NCBI GenBank assembly: GCA_902765005.1
Contig: CACWYB010000002.1
Span: 141,058-205,057 of the forward strand
Direction of reading: 5' to 3'
Source: an uncultured Eubacteriales bacterium
GTDB taxonomy: Bacteria; Bacillota; Clostridia; Christensenellales; CAG-138
DNA: 64,000 nucleotides
Both the position numbers and the translations under genes were made by a program. Numbering within the stretch: the first letter of the stretch is position 1; each line of letters starts with the position of its first letter. Shown piece after piece: positions 44,217 through 53,054 of the stretch. The notes below the pieces were generated by a model. That model was not told where the DNA came from, did no database searches, and worked only from the letters and a program-made list of their open reading frames with translations.

Positions 44217-45767
44217 TTACCCAAACGCCACGATCACCTCTTCGATGTCGGGGTCGGTGTACCAGCGGCCGGAGAGGGACCAGGTGAGGTTTTGGTAACG
44301 GATGGAACTGGCCAGGGCCTGGGTGGCCTCGTGAGCCGATTCGGATAGAGACAACAGATTGGATTTGATCTCCGCCTCCTGGGCGGAGATTTTTTTATTC
44401 TCCGCCTTCTGGGCGCTGGTACGGCTGCCTTTCTTTTTCTCCCGCCAAGGGTTGGCGGCGTACAGGTGGGCCAGGGTGTCGGAGCCGTCCTCAAAGGTGC
44501 GGTAGAGGGCCAGATAGCTGTTGTAGCAGCTGGCGTACAGGGCTATTTGCTCCTCGGAGAAGGCGGTGCCGGCATCCTTCAGCTCCTGGACCCGGGTCAG
44601 GACCTTTTCTATTTGGCGAAGCCGCTTTAGTGTGAGAAAGCCTACGCTGAAGAGCCACCGTTCATACTGACGACTACAGGTGCCCATGGTGTCCGCATCA
44701 AAGCCGTAGACCTGCCGGATGACGTCCAGCCGGTTCTGCTGATCCACATAGGCAAAGCGCCAGTAGAATTCGATCTTGCCGATCTCCCCATACAGAGAAT
44801 GGGTGCGGATGTCCTCCGGGGCAAGGTTGGCGGCATAGTTCACCAGGGCCGTGGTTTGGATCAGGGTGGTGTTGGTGTAGATGCCGCTGTTGGCGGCGCT
44901 GATGAGCGCGGGGATCTGGGACAGCTTTCCCTCCGTTTTCAGCTTGTTGAAGATGGCCACCATCATGCGCCGCTGGCGGGCGGTGCGGGAGCTGTCCAGG
45001 CCGTCCGCGCTGCGACGAATGCGCAGGTAGCCCATGACCGCGTCCCCGTCCAGGTGCTGCATGCCCTTTTTGTAGGAATGCTTGCCGCTCATGGAGGTGA
45101 AGGCCTGGTCCACGTCGTAGTCGATGCCGCCGATGGCATCCACCACGTCCATGACCGCCTGAAAGTCCAACGCGTAGTAGTAGGGGATGGAAACGCCGCC
45201 CAGCCACATCTCCCCGGCCCGGCAGGTCAGCTCAAAGCCGTCCTTCAGATCGTTCGCCTGGCCGGTGGTTTTAAATTGGCCGCCCAGGCCCACGTTGAAC
45301 ACGCCGTTGAGCTTATAGAAGCCATAGTGGCCCGGAACCGTGGTCAGCAGATCCCGGGGCAGGGTGATCAGATCCACCGAATTCGTGTCGAAGTTCACGG
45401 CGACCACCATCATCACGTCCGTGTGGGGCATGGTGCCGCTGGTGGTGCTGCCGTCCTCACGGGCGTCGATGCCCATGAGCAGGATGTTCAGGATGTTGCC
45501 CTGGACCTGCGGGGCGGAGGCGGCGGCGGGAACGTCCTCCTGTTCAGGCTCATCGGGGACAGGCAGAGCCGGAGTCAGAGCGGTCTGCTTCGGCAGGACA
45601 AGGATGTCCGTGGGGGCAAAAAGGGAAGCGGGTCGAGAAAGGATCCGCCAGGCGAAAAACGCCGCAACCGCCAGGACTATGAGCGCCAGGGCCAGGATCA
45701 CCCGGCTGACGCGCCGTTTCGGCTTTGTATTCTGTTGAAAAGCGGCGTGCCGCTGCGCTTTTTCCAT
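44217..45767 (-). CDS. LCP family glycopolymer ligase with long C-terminal extension, copy 3
   Basis: 516 aa, GC-rich, with an AAGGAGG RBS. It has NILLMGIDARE...HTDVMMVVAVNFDTNSVDLITLPRD and MGYLRIRRSADGLDSSRTARQRRMM. It is collinear with copies 1 and 2. Confidence 0.85.
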   Translation of the reverse strand: MEKAQRHAAFQQNTKPKRRVSRVILALALIVLAVAAFFAWRILSRPASLFAPTDILVLPKQTALTPALPVPDEPEQEDVPAAASAPQVQGNILNILLMGIDAREDGSTTSGTMPHTDVMMVVAVNFDTNSVDLITLPRDLLTTVPGHYGFYKLNGVFNVGLGGQFKTTGQANDLKDGFELTCRAGEMWLGGVSIPYYYALDFQAVMDVVDAIGGIDYDVDQAFTSMSGKHSYKKGMQHLDGDAVMGYLRIRRSADGLDSSRTARQRRMMVAIFNKLKTEGKLSQIPALISAANSGIYTNTTLIQTTALVNYAANLAPEDIRTHSLYGEIGKIEFYWRFAYVDQQNRLDVIRQVYGFDADTMGTCSRQYERWLFSVGFLTLKRLRQIEKVLTRVQELKDAGTAFSEEQIALYASCYNSYLALYRTFEDGSDTLAHLYAANPWREKKKGSRTSAQKAENKKISAQEAEIKSNLLSLSESAHEATQALASSIRYQNLTWSLSGRWYTDPDIEEVIVAFG

Positions 45768-45899
45768 GAAACCTCCTTGGACGCCCGGGTTAGCGGGCGC
45801 GGCCTGTGGTCACATTGTACGCATGTCCCTCCCGGAAGGCAACCGACTTCACAGACTTGTTACATAGGGTATACATTTTTACCGCATTGGAAAACACTG

Positions 45900-45940
45900 C
45901 CAAAACAAAAACAAGCCTCTTCCCGCCGGAAGAGGCTTGC
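45900..45940 (-). terminator. rho-independent terminator after the Wzz-like gene
   Basis: aagcctcttcc (45913-45923) pairs with ggaagaggctt (45928-45938). On the minus strand it is followed by GTTTTTGTTTTG. Confidence 0.75.
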
Positions 45941-45951
45941 TGCGTTTTTTC

Positions 45952-47412
45952 TTATGCCAGCACGATGCCCAGGATCTCCTTGCCCAGAGCTTTGGCGCGC
46001 AGGACCTCCGCGTCGATGAGGTCCACCCGGGACTTGCCCCGCTGCTCCACCAGCACGATGCCCTCGAAGTCGCTGAGCTCCTTGACGGATTCCGCGTTGT
46101 CGATGATGCTGCCCAAGACCTGCACCTGATCGTTGGTGTAAGAAGACAGCTTTTCGGCGATGGCGGGGCTGTCCGAGGAGATAAGGCACACCTTCTTTTC
46201 GCCGATGCGGCCAAGAAGACTCTGAGCCGTGGCCTGGGCCGTGGCTTCAAAGTTGCCCACCGGTTCCCCTTCCAGACGCCGGATGGCCTTGTCGAACCAA
46301 ACCTTCTTGGTGCGGGGCAGCACGCCGATGAGCGGGAAGGCGTACCGGCTCATGACCTCGCTCTGATTCTGGATCTTGCCACCGAACAGGCCCTTCACCA
46401 GGGCTATGCCGCAGCCGACGACCAGGCCCAGCACCAGGCCGATGGCGCCGTTCTTCGCGGCCTTGACGGCCACGTTCTTGGCGTTGATCTGAGAGCTTTC
46501 AAAGGTGGAGCGGGTTTCATCCAGTTCCTTTTGCTTATCCTCCAGGTTTTCCTTGGCGTCCTCAATGGCCTGTTCCTTATCGGCCACGCCGTCCTTCAGG
46601 CTCTGCAAGGATTCCTCGGCGCTGGTGACGGCCCGCTCTGCGGACAGGAGGCTGTCCTCATTGGAGGTGTGGCTGTCGTTCATGCCCCAATCCACCTCAT
46701 AGCCGGTGAAGGTGCCGATGATGTTGGCGGAGTGATCCGCCACGGTGCCCTTCAAGCGGTTGAGCATGGTCTGGTACAGGTAGTTGACCACTTTCTCAGC
46801 CAGCTGGGCGTCGTCGTTGATGACTCGGATCTGCACGAAGCGGTTGGAGATATTGGTGACGGAGATCAGCTCCTCGATGTACTGCTTTTCCGCGTTAGTC
46901 CCCAGGATCTTCTTCACGTTCTCCAGGATCTCGGAGTCGAAGGGATAGATCTGGGTGTAAGCCAGCACGATGCTGGTCCGGGGATCCTCCACCAAACTGG
47001 CCACATCCGGATCCACGGTGAAATCCGTCTCCACATAGAAGGTCAGGCGGGACACACCCCGCTCAAAGGGGTTCATGGCGTAGTAGATGCTGTTGTTCAG
47101 GTAGTCCTGCCGCCGCTTCACCAGCAGCTGCGCCCGCTCCAGCTTCCGCTCCGCATCCGGGATCTCGATCTCATTCCGGCGGGTCAGGGCCTTTTCTGCA
47201 TTGGTGATGGCCTTTTCAGCGGATTCCACCGCCTTCTCCGCCTTATCCACGTCCTCTTGGGTGACGGTGGGGTCCGCCGTCATCACGGTATAGGCGCCGT
47301 AGGCACCGCCCAGCAGGGCGCACACCAGCACCAGGCAGAGGATGGGCTTGGCCGCTTTGAGCAGCATGGCGAACAGATCGGCGATCCTCAATTCGATTTC
47401 TTTATTATTCAT
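45952..47412 (-). CDS. Wzz/CpsC-like chain-length-regulator protein with coiled-coil ectodomain and a degenerate CpsD-like C-terminal domain
   Basis: 486 aa. TM1 is ILCLVLVCALLGGAYGAY. A long helical/coiled-coil region precedes TM2 (GLVLGLVVGCGIALV), followed by FPLIGVLP. The ~130-aa tail (KKVCLISSDSPAIAEKL...GIVLVEQRGKS...LGKEILGIVLA) lacks a GKS/T Walker A and a Tyr cluster. Confidence 0.7.
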   Translation of the reverse strand: MNNKEIELRIADLFAMLLKAAKPILCLVLVCALLGGAYGAYTVMTADPTVTQEDVDKAEKAVESAEKAITNAEKALTRRNEIEIPDAERKLERAQLLVKRRQDYLNNSIYYAMNPFERGVSRLTFYVETDFTVDPDVASLVEDPRTSIVLAYTQIYPFDSEILENVKKILGTNAEKQYIEELISVTNISNRFVQIRVINDDAQLAEKVVNYLYQTMLNRLKGTVADHSANIIGTFTGYEVDWGMNDSHTSNEDSLLSAERAVTSAEESLQSLKDGVADKEQAIEDAKENLEDKQKELDETRSTFESSQINAKNVAVKAAKNGAIGLVLGLVVGCGIALVKGLFGGKIQNQSEVMSRYAFPLIGVLPRTKKVWFDKAIRRLEGEPVGNFEATAQATAQSLLGRIGEKKVCLISSDSPAIAEKLSSYTNDQVQVLGSIIDNAESVKELSDFEGIVLVEQRGKSRVDLIDAEVLRAKALGKEILGIVLA

Positions 47413-47492
47413 GGCTACATCCTTCCATAATAATACAATAAGTATATCAGTCTTTTATCCAATATACAAGGGGGAAAATGCTTTTGGGCGCG

Positions 47493-49556
47493 TCAGGGCA
47501 ACAGACCATCCCGCTCCATCTGGACCACGGCGTCGTAGTTGAAGGGGTCCGTGGCGATGGGGGGGAAGTTCTCTTCATGGAAGCGCCAAAAGTAGGGTTT
47601 CACCTTGCACTGCTGATTGGTCCACATGAAGCAGCGGTGCCGATGGGCGGAGCTGATCAAGGGGTCAAAGTGGTACCAGCCGGTGCCGATGTTGACGATG
47701 ACCCAGAAATGGCGGGAAGAGGAGCTCTTCCGGGTCACGCTCATGTAGGGGATGCCCAGCTCGTCCAGCAGGGCCCGGGTGGTGGAGTAAACGGTGAAGC
47801 AGTCGCCCCGGCCCTCCTCAAAGCCCCGGATGGCTTCCTTGCGCCAGTCGGTCTTGTCGGAGTTTCCGGTGTAGTGGACCCTGGCGCGCACGTAGTCGAA
47901 GACGGCCTTCAGCTTCTCGGCGGTGACCATGTCCGGGGTGATGATGTCGGACAGGACCTGCCGGGCGGCTTCCCTGACCCGCTCGTCGGACACCGTGGGG
48001 GCCACCAGAGTATAGGTGCAGCTCTTGGAGACGGTGTTGCCGCTTGCGTCCGCGGCGGTGAAGATGACGGTGTACTTGCCCCGTTGGGACAGGATCACGC
48101 TGCTTTCCACCTGCACGTCCACCCGGCCGTCGATGTCGTCCTGGGCGTAGACCTCCTTCAGATACACGATGGGCTCCCCCACGTAACCGCTCCGGTTCAC
48201 CACCCCATAGAGCACGGGGGGGTCGCTATCCACCAGCAGCGTCAGGGGGAAGGCGGCCTCCGCTTCGTTGCCGGCAGCGTCCACTGCCTTGACCCGGAAG
48301 GTCTGCGGTTCGGCGCTGGTTTGGTCCGGAGCCTCCAGGAAACAAAGGGTCACCTCCGTCACGTCCTCCACGGAGACAAGATCCTCCGGGGACAGGTCGT
48401 GATGGGTGTAGAAGGGGCCCTCCCGCAGGGCGAGGGCGGGGGCGGTGGTGTCCACCAGGGTCACCATGGCGATCTGCTCCTCGTCCCCCAGCCGGACCCG
48501 GACGGCGTAGGTCCCGGGTTCGTTTGCCAAAAACGCTTCCGGCTCCGCCGCCGGCACGCCCAAGTCTGCGCCGGTGAGGGGGCCGTTCTTCGCCTCCACC
48601 GTCACCCGGCCGATGGCGGAATAGAGGACCTGGGCGGGCACCTGGGCGGCGTTGCCCCCGGCGTCCGTCACCTCAATGAGAATATTCTGGATCTCCCGGC
48701 TCAGAGGATCCGGGGCCTGGGCAAAGGAATAGGTAAGCTGGGTCTCGTCCGCCGCCTCCGTAACAAAGCGCTCCGGCGCGGCCGCCTCCCCCGGCTGCAG
48801 CACCAGCAGCGTGCCCGCGGCGGTGGGGGATACGGTGTCCCGGATGGACAGGATGGAGGGGAAGATCTTTCCGTTCTCCACGCATTTGAGCTGGAGAGCG
48901 TACTCCCCCGGCTGGCGCATCATATCGGCGGAGAGGGGGGTGAGGAGCTCCCCGTGAAAGCCGGGGGTGCAAAAATCTTCCGCGGTAGGCACGGGGCTGC
49001 CGGCCTCCAAGGTCAGCTTCTCCACCGTGGCGCGGACGGTGGCGGTGGCGCTGATCTGGCACTGATTGCCGCTCATGTCCTCCAGCAGGATGGCGACCTG
49101 GTGGATGCCGGTGTCGGAAAAATCATAGGCCTGGGCAAAGCTGACGCCCACCAGGTCCGCGTCCTGCAGATCGGTGATGAACTCCTGTGGGGCAGGCACA
49201 TAGCCGGAGGGGAACTCCAGGGCCACGGGAACGGCGGTGGGGGCGGTGGTGTCCCTCACGATCAGAAGGCAGGGCACCACCCGGAACCGGGTCTGCACGT
49301 TCACCACATGGGCGCCTATGGCCCGGCAGGCTTCGTCGGGGTAGTAGGCCGCGTCCGGGGCGGAGCAGAAGGAGTCCGCCGGGGGGAAGTCCATGCCGTA
49401 TTCCCCGTGGATCACGGGGGAAATGCCGTGGTACATCCACAGCAAAAAGGCCCCCAGGGCGAGCAGCAGGGCCAGCAGATATAGCAGGATCGTCCGGCCC
49501 AGAGGGGCCGGGGCGCGGCGTTGGTTGTCGTTCGGTTGAGAAGGGGTCTTGCTCAT
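47493..49556 (-). CDS. membrane-anchored multi-Ig-like-domain protein with C-terminal transglutaminase-like cysteine-protease core
   Basis: Start taken at MSKTPSQ (ATG 49556). The TM segment is ILLYLLALLLALGAFLLW. Domain boundaries recur (DTTAPT, DTVSPT, DTTAPA, DSDPPV). The Cys/His/Asp core reads GRGDCFTVYSTT...RHFWVIVNIGTGWYHFDP. The 205-codon upstream extension in the track crosses a terminator and is GC-artefact-like. Confidence 0.8.
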   Translation of the reverse strand: MSKTPSQPNDNQRRAPAPLGRTILLYLLALLLALGAFLLWMYHGISPVIHGEYGMDFPPADSFCSAPDAAYYPDEACRAIGAHVVNVQTRFRVVPCLLIVRDTTAPTAVPVALEFPSGYVPAPQEFITDLQDADLVGVSFAQAYDFSDTGIHQVAILLEDMSGNQCQISATATVRATVEKLTLEAGSPVPTAEDFCTPGFHGELLTPLSADMMRQPGEYALQLKCVENGKIFPSILSIRDTVSPTAAGTLLVLQPGEAAAPERFVTEAADETQLTYSFAQAPDPLSREIQNILIEVTDAGGNAAQVPAQVLYSAIGRVTVEAKNGPLTGADLGVPAAEPEAFLANEPGTYAVRVRLGDEEQIAMVTLVDTTAPALALREGPFYTHHDLSPEDLVSVEDVTEVTLCFLEAPDQTSAEPQTFRVKAVDAAGNEAEAAFPLTLLVDSDPPVLYGVVNRSGYVGEPIVYLKEVYAQDDIDGRVDVQVESSVILSQRGKYTVIFTAADASGNTVSKSCTYTLVAPTVSDERVREAARQVLSDIITPDMVTAEKLKAVFDYVRARVHYTGNSDKTDWRKEAIRGFEEGRGDCFTVYSTTRALLDELGIPYMSVTRKSSSSRHFWVIVNIGTGWYHFDPLISSAHRHRCFMWTNQQCKVKPYFWRFHEENFPPIATDPFNYDAVVQMERDGLLP

Positions 49557-49562
49557 GGGGCT

Positions 49563-49571
49563 ATCATAGCA
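49563..49571 (-). promoter_or_regulatory. extended -10 element (TGcTATGAT) placed for a leaderless transcript of the transglutaminase gene
   Basis: On the minus strand, TGCTATGAT ends 6 nt before the A of ATG 49556. No Shine-Dalgarno sequence lies in between. Confidence 0.4.
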
Positions 49572-49632
49572 CGTTCCGGAGCGATCGGAACGCAAAAAGG
49601 GGAAGAATTCACAATTTCGCAACGGATTTTGT

Positions 49633-49665
49633 ACAAAAACGCGGGGCGAAAAACCTCGCCCCGCA
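49633..49665 (-). terminator. rho-independent terminator after the 195-aa membrane-protein gene
   Basis: gcggggcga (49641-49649) pairs with tcgccccgc (49656-49664). On the minus strand it is followed by GTTTTTGT. Confidence 0.8.
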
Positions 49666-49684
49666 AAAAGCTGGAAAACGATGG

Positions 49685-50272
49685 TTATTGCAGGGCGTCC
49701 GCCTTCCCCAGTCCGGCTTTGCGCAGCATCAGGGCGCCGATGAACAGCAGGCCCTGGCCCAGGGCGTTCACGCTCTGGGCGATCCAGTGCATGGAGGCCT
49801 GGGCGAAGTCGCGGCTGGACAGATACCCCATCATCATGGAGAACACGAAGGCCACGATGAACAGGGGGATGGCGGCCTTCTTCACCTTCCGGGCGACGTA
49901 GACAAGGCCCGCCGACATGCCCAGATTCCCCAGCACGGTGAGCATGACGTAGACCATGGTCAGCGACCGTGCCTCCCCTCTGCGCTTGCCGTACATGAGG
50001 CAGAGCATGCCCACGCCCAGGAGCAGAAAGCCGATGGACTGGGTGGGGAAGAAGGCCTTGTTGAACAGCTCCACCGGGGCCGCGCCCAGGGCGTTCTGCA
50101 GCTTCCACACCGCCTTGAAGAGCCCGGCCGCGAACACCGCCGCCGCCCCCAGGGGCAGCAGGAGGCCTGCGCACAGGTTCAGCTTGTTTTTCAGATCCCG
50201 ATACAGGATCAGCCAGGCCGCCCCGAAGAACAGCACCGGCACAAAGTCCATCAATGCCATAGGCAGAGTCAT
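49685..50272 (-). CDS. polytopic membrane protein of unknown function
   Basis: 195 aa with about 6 hydrophobic helices (FVPVLFFGAAWLILY, LLLPLGAAAVFAAGLF, IGFLLLGVGMLCLMY and others). A terminator lies downstream. Confidence 0.6.
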   Translation of the reverse strand: MTLPMALMDFVPVLFFGAAWLILYRDLKNKLNLCAGLLLPLGAAAVFAAGLFKAVWKLQNALGAAPVELFNKAFFPTQSIGFLLLGVGMLCLMYGKRRGEARSLTMVYVMLTVLGNLGMSAGLVYVARKVKKAAIPLFIVAFVFSMMMGYLSSRDFAQASMHWIAQSVNALGQGLLFIGALMLRKAGLGKADALQ

Positions 50273-50309
50273 GTTCGTTTCCTCCTCGCAGGTTGTTCTT
50301 GTGGATACC

Positions 50310-50936
50310 TCACACCGGCATGACCACCTGGCGGAAGAAGGCCTTGGCCCCCTCCCGGCCCAGGGTCCGGGTCAGCGCTGCGGTGGAGGGGTTGCCCTCC
50401 TCTATCATCCGCTTCTGGAAGGCTTGCAGGCCCGGCAGGTTCTCCGCCTTCACGGGGGCCTGGGCGGCCTGCTCCGCGTAGGCGGTCAGGGCGTCCCGGG
50501 CCATCCGGGCCAACCGTTCCCTGTCCCCGGCCTTGATGAGGGAGCCGGCCATGCGCTCGGACACATACCAGGCGGGCTTTTCGGCGTAGTTTTCCACATC
50601 GGCGTAGGGCGCGCCGGCGGCCAGGAGCAGGTCCTTGTCCGCCCCGGCTGCCGTGCAGTCGTAATACTCCACGTAGCACAGGTGCTTTTTGCCCATGTCC
50701 ATGGTGTCGATGAGCAGGAAGGGCACGTTTTTGCCGGTGTTGGGGGTGACGACCACGGTGGTCAGCTTCATGAGCCCCAGCATGGCTTTGGTGCGCAAAA
50801 CGCACAGATTCCCCAGGCCCTCCGCCTCATACTGCTCCAGATGAAAGCGCATCAAAAGGCCGCCCATGGTTTTATACCGGGCGGGAGTGATCTCCTTGAG
50901 AGGGAACCGTTCCTTCAAAATCGCCGCTGCGTCCAT
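50310..50936 (-). CDS. hypothetical soluble protein
   Basis: 208 aa with a non-repetitive, balanced composition, unlike the overlapping shadow ORFs. It is in an operon position downstream of bioY. I recognise no family. Confidence 0.55.
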   Translation of the reverse strand: MDAAAILKERFPLKEITPARYKTMGGLLMRFHLEQYEAEGLGNLCVLRTKAMLGLMKLTTVVVTPNTGKNVPFLLIDTMDMGKKHLCYVEYYDCTAAGADKDLLLAAGAPYADVENYAEKPAWYVSERMAGSLIKAGDRERLARMARDALTAYAEQAAQAPVKAENLPGLQAFQKRMIEEGNPSTAALTRTLGREGAKAFFRQVVMPV

Positions 50937-51006
50937 GCCTTCACCTCCCTATGATTCGATCATAGTATACTCGCCATACCGTTTGTTTGCAAGCGCTGCC
51001 CTCGAT

Positions 51007-51558
51007 TCAAAGATGCAGCGCCCGGCGCAGCTTATCCGACAGGAAAACGGCCAAAGCCAGCTTTGCCAGATCCGGCAGAATGAAGGGGATCACGCACCAG
51101 GCAAGGGCCGTGCCCAGGCCTACAGCGCCGCTCTGCCTGGCGTATACGAACATGAACCAGGCCGTTCCAAAGGCATAGCACAACGCCAGGCCAAGGACCA
51201 TGGCGCCGATCAGAACCACCCGGCTGCCCTTCCCCAGACGCTCCCCCAGCCAATAGACCAGCCCCATGAGAATGAACCCCAGCAGATACCCGCCGGTGGT
51301 TCCGATGAGGACGCCGATCCCGCCGCTGAAGCCCGCGAACACCGGCACGCCCAGAGCCCCCAGCAGCAGATACACCACGATGGCCGCGGTGCCCCGCTTG
51401 CCGCCGATGAGCCCCAGGGTGCAGAAGACGGCGAAGGTCTGCAGGGTGAAGGGCACCGTCGCCGGGATGCTGATCCAGGAGCACACCGCCATCAGCACGG
51501 CGCACACCGCCACATACGCAAGATCCTTCGTCTGAAATCCCTTATTCCTCTTTTCCAT
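51007..51558 (-). CDS. bioY: biotin transporter S-component
   Basis: 183 aa with the BioY pattern (ISIPATVPFTLQTFAVFCTLGLIGGKRGTAAIVVYLLLGALGVPVFAGFSGG, GYLLGF). Confidence 0.9.
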   Translation of the reverse strand: MEKRNKGFQTKDLAYVAVCAVLMAVCSWISIPATVPFTLQTFAVFCTLGLIGGKRGTAAIVVYLLLGALGVPVFAGFSGGIGVLIGTTGGYLLGFILMGLVYWLGERLGKGSRVVLIGAMVLGLALCYAFGTAWFMFVYARQSGAVGLGTALAWCVIPFILPDLAKLALAVFLSDKLRRALHL

Positions 51559-51943
51559 CTATCCATCCCTCCCGCGTGGCCCTGCACAGCTCGATCCACT
51601 GGCAGTCCCCGCAAATCTCCTCGCTTTTTTTCGTTTGAAATATCCGTTTTCCGGCAGCGTCGGCAAGGGCGCGCCAGCTGTCGGCCTGCCCATACGAACG
51701 GGCGCAGGCCGACAAGACGCCCCGGTCCATGCGGTTCACTTTTTCTTCGGAAGCGCATCTGCCGTCAACCATATGGGGACAGGCGGCGCAGACATCGTCC
51801 CGGCCCTCCACAAGCTGGATCAGCTGGCCCGGGTCGGCCTGCAAACGCCGGATGATCTTTTCCATGTTGGCCGCAAAGGGAGCATCGTAACCCTTGCCGG
51901 TGTATTTCTGTATGCACAGCAGGTGGTGGGGCCGCAGCTTCAT
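51542..51943 (-). CDS. DUF1284-family Cys-rich protein
   Basis: Start taken at MKLRPHHLLCIQKYTGKGYD (ATG 51943, overlapping the birA stop). A conserved Cys cluster is present (CAACPH, CGDCQW). Confidence 0.7.
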   Translation of the reverse strand: MKLRPHHLLCIQKYTGKGYDAPFAANMEKIIRRLQADPGQLIQLVEGRDDVCAACPHMVDGRCASEEKVNRMDRGVLSACARSYGQADSWRALADAAGKRIFQTKKSEEICGDCQWIELCRATREGWIDGKEE

Positions 51944-52935
51944 GAAATCGGCCTCACGCTCACCTCGCCGGAGGCCAGGGCCTCCGTGGAGCCGTCCGCA
52001 TAGCGGACCAGCAGGCGGCATTCCCCGTCGATGTCGCAGGCCGTGGCCGGGCGGGTGGAGCTGCCGCGGATGACGGTGATGGGCTGGCCGATCAAAAAGC
52101 TCCGCCGCTTGTATTCCTCGGCAAAGCCGCCGCTTTCAAGATCGACGCACACCTGATGAAAGTTCTTCAAAAACGCGGCGGCGATCCGGCTTCGCAGGTC
52201 CCGCTGGCGCTTTGGCGCGATGGGCCCGGCGATGGATTGTAGTTCCTCGGGGAAGCCTCCCTCCGGCTCATACACGTTGAACCCGATACCCATGATGGCC
52301 CAATCCAGGCCCCCGCTTTCCAGGTCTATGGACGCCTCCGTCAGAATGCCGCAGGTCTTCTTGCCGTCGATCAGGATATCGTTGACCCATTTGATCTTCG
52401 GCTGCCGGTCGGTGCAATCTTCAATGGCGCGGCAGGCCGCCACCGCCGCCGCCGTGGTGATCCGCACGGCCTGCTGGGCGGAGAGCCGGGGCGTTAAGAA
52501 CACGCTCAAATACACGCCGCTGCCCGCAGGGGAAACGAAGGTCCGGCCCATGCGGCCCCGGCCGGCGTTTTGGCTGGAGGCCACCACCGCTCGCCAGGGG
52601 CCGTCCCCATCGCCCTTGGCTGCCTTCAGCTCATGGGCCATGCGCTTGAGATAGGTGTTGGTGGAGTCTACCGTGGAGAGCACCTCCACCTCGTACAGCC
52701 TGGATGCATCCCCCAGATAGCGGCGGAGATTGTTTTCGCTGAGGGCGTCGCTGTCCTCGCTCAGGCGATAGCCCTTTCGGGTCACCTCAAAGCGATAGCC
52801 CTCCGCCTCCATCTGGCGGATGCATTTCCACACCGCCGCCCGGGTGATGCCCAGCTCTGTGGCGATGGCGTTCCCGGAAACGTATTCGGTCCCGGCGTTC
52901 TCCAGTAGCGTCGCAACCTGCTGTCTGGCATTCAT
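51940..52935 (-). CDS. birA: bifunctional biotin-protein ligase / biotin-operon repressor
   Basis: 331 aa. The N-terminal wHTH reads VSGNAIATELGITRAAVWKCIRQMEAEGY. The ligase core has QNAGRGRMGRTF and KWVNDILIDGKKTCGIL. Confidence 0.9.
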   Translation of the reverse strand: MNARQQVATLLENAGTEYVSGNAIATELGITRAAVWKCIRQMEAEGYRFEVTRKGYRLSEDSDALSENNLRRYLGDASRLYEVEVLSTVDSTNTYLKRMAHELKAAKGDGDGPWRAVVASSQNAGRGRMGRTFVSPAGSGVYLSVFLTPRLSAQQAVRITTAAAVAACRAIEDCTDRQPKIKWVNDILIDGKKTCGILTEASIDLESGGLDWAIMGIGFNVYEPEGGFPEELQSIAGPIAPKRQRDLRSRIAAAFLKNFHQVCVDLESGGFAEEYKRRSFLIGQPITVIRGSSTRPATACDIDGECRLLVRYADGSTEALASGEVSVRPIS

Positions 52936-52997
52936 GGGCGTGCCTCCCTTCCTGTTGATCGCTCTTCCATGCCCCGTAGCATAGCATACAAAAAGAA

Positions 52998-53034
52998 ATA
53001 CGTCAACTTTTTACTTAATAAAAAGTTGACGTAT
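52998..53034 (-). promoter_or_regulatory. perfect 16-5-16 palindrome: candidate BirA operator overlapping the birA promoter -35, and possible terminator of mrp
   Basis: The palindrome is ATACGTCAACTTTTTA-cttaa-TAAAAAGTTGACGTAT. On the minus strand its right arm supplies TTGACG, then 17 nt, then TATGCT. The hairpin is also followed by UUUCUUUUUGU. Confidence 0.55.
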
Positions 53035-53054
53035 ATTGGATCTGTGTATGCGGC

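Noticed and set aside
49557-50174. 205-codon N-terminal extension of the transglutaminase ORF (track start 50174)
   Set aside because: The extension runs through an intrinsic terminator (49633-49665) and through the 195-aa membrane-protein gene in another frame. Its sequence is Arg/Gly/Pro-rich. The natural start is MSKTPSQ, followed by a TM helix.
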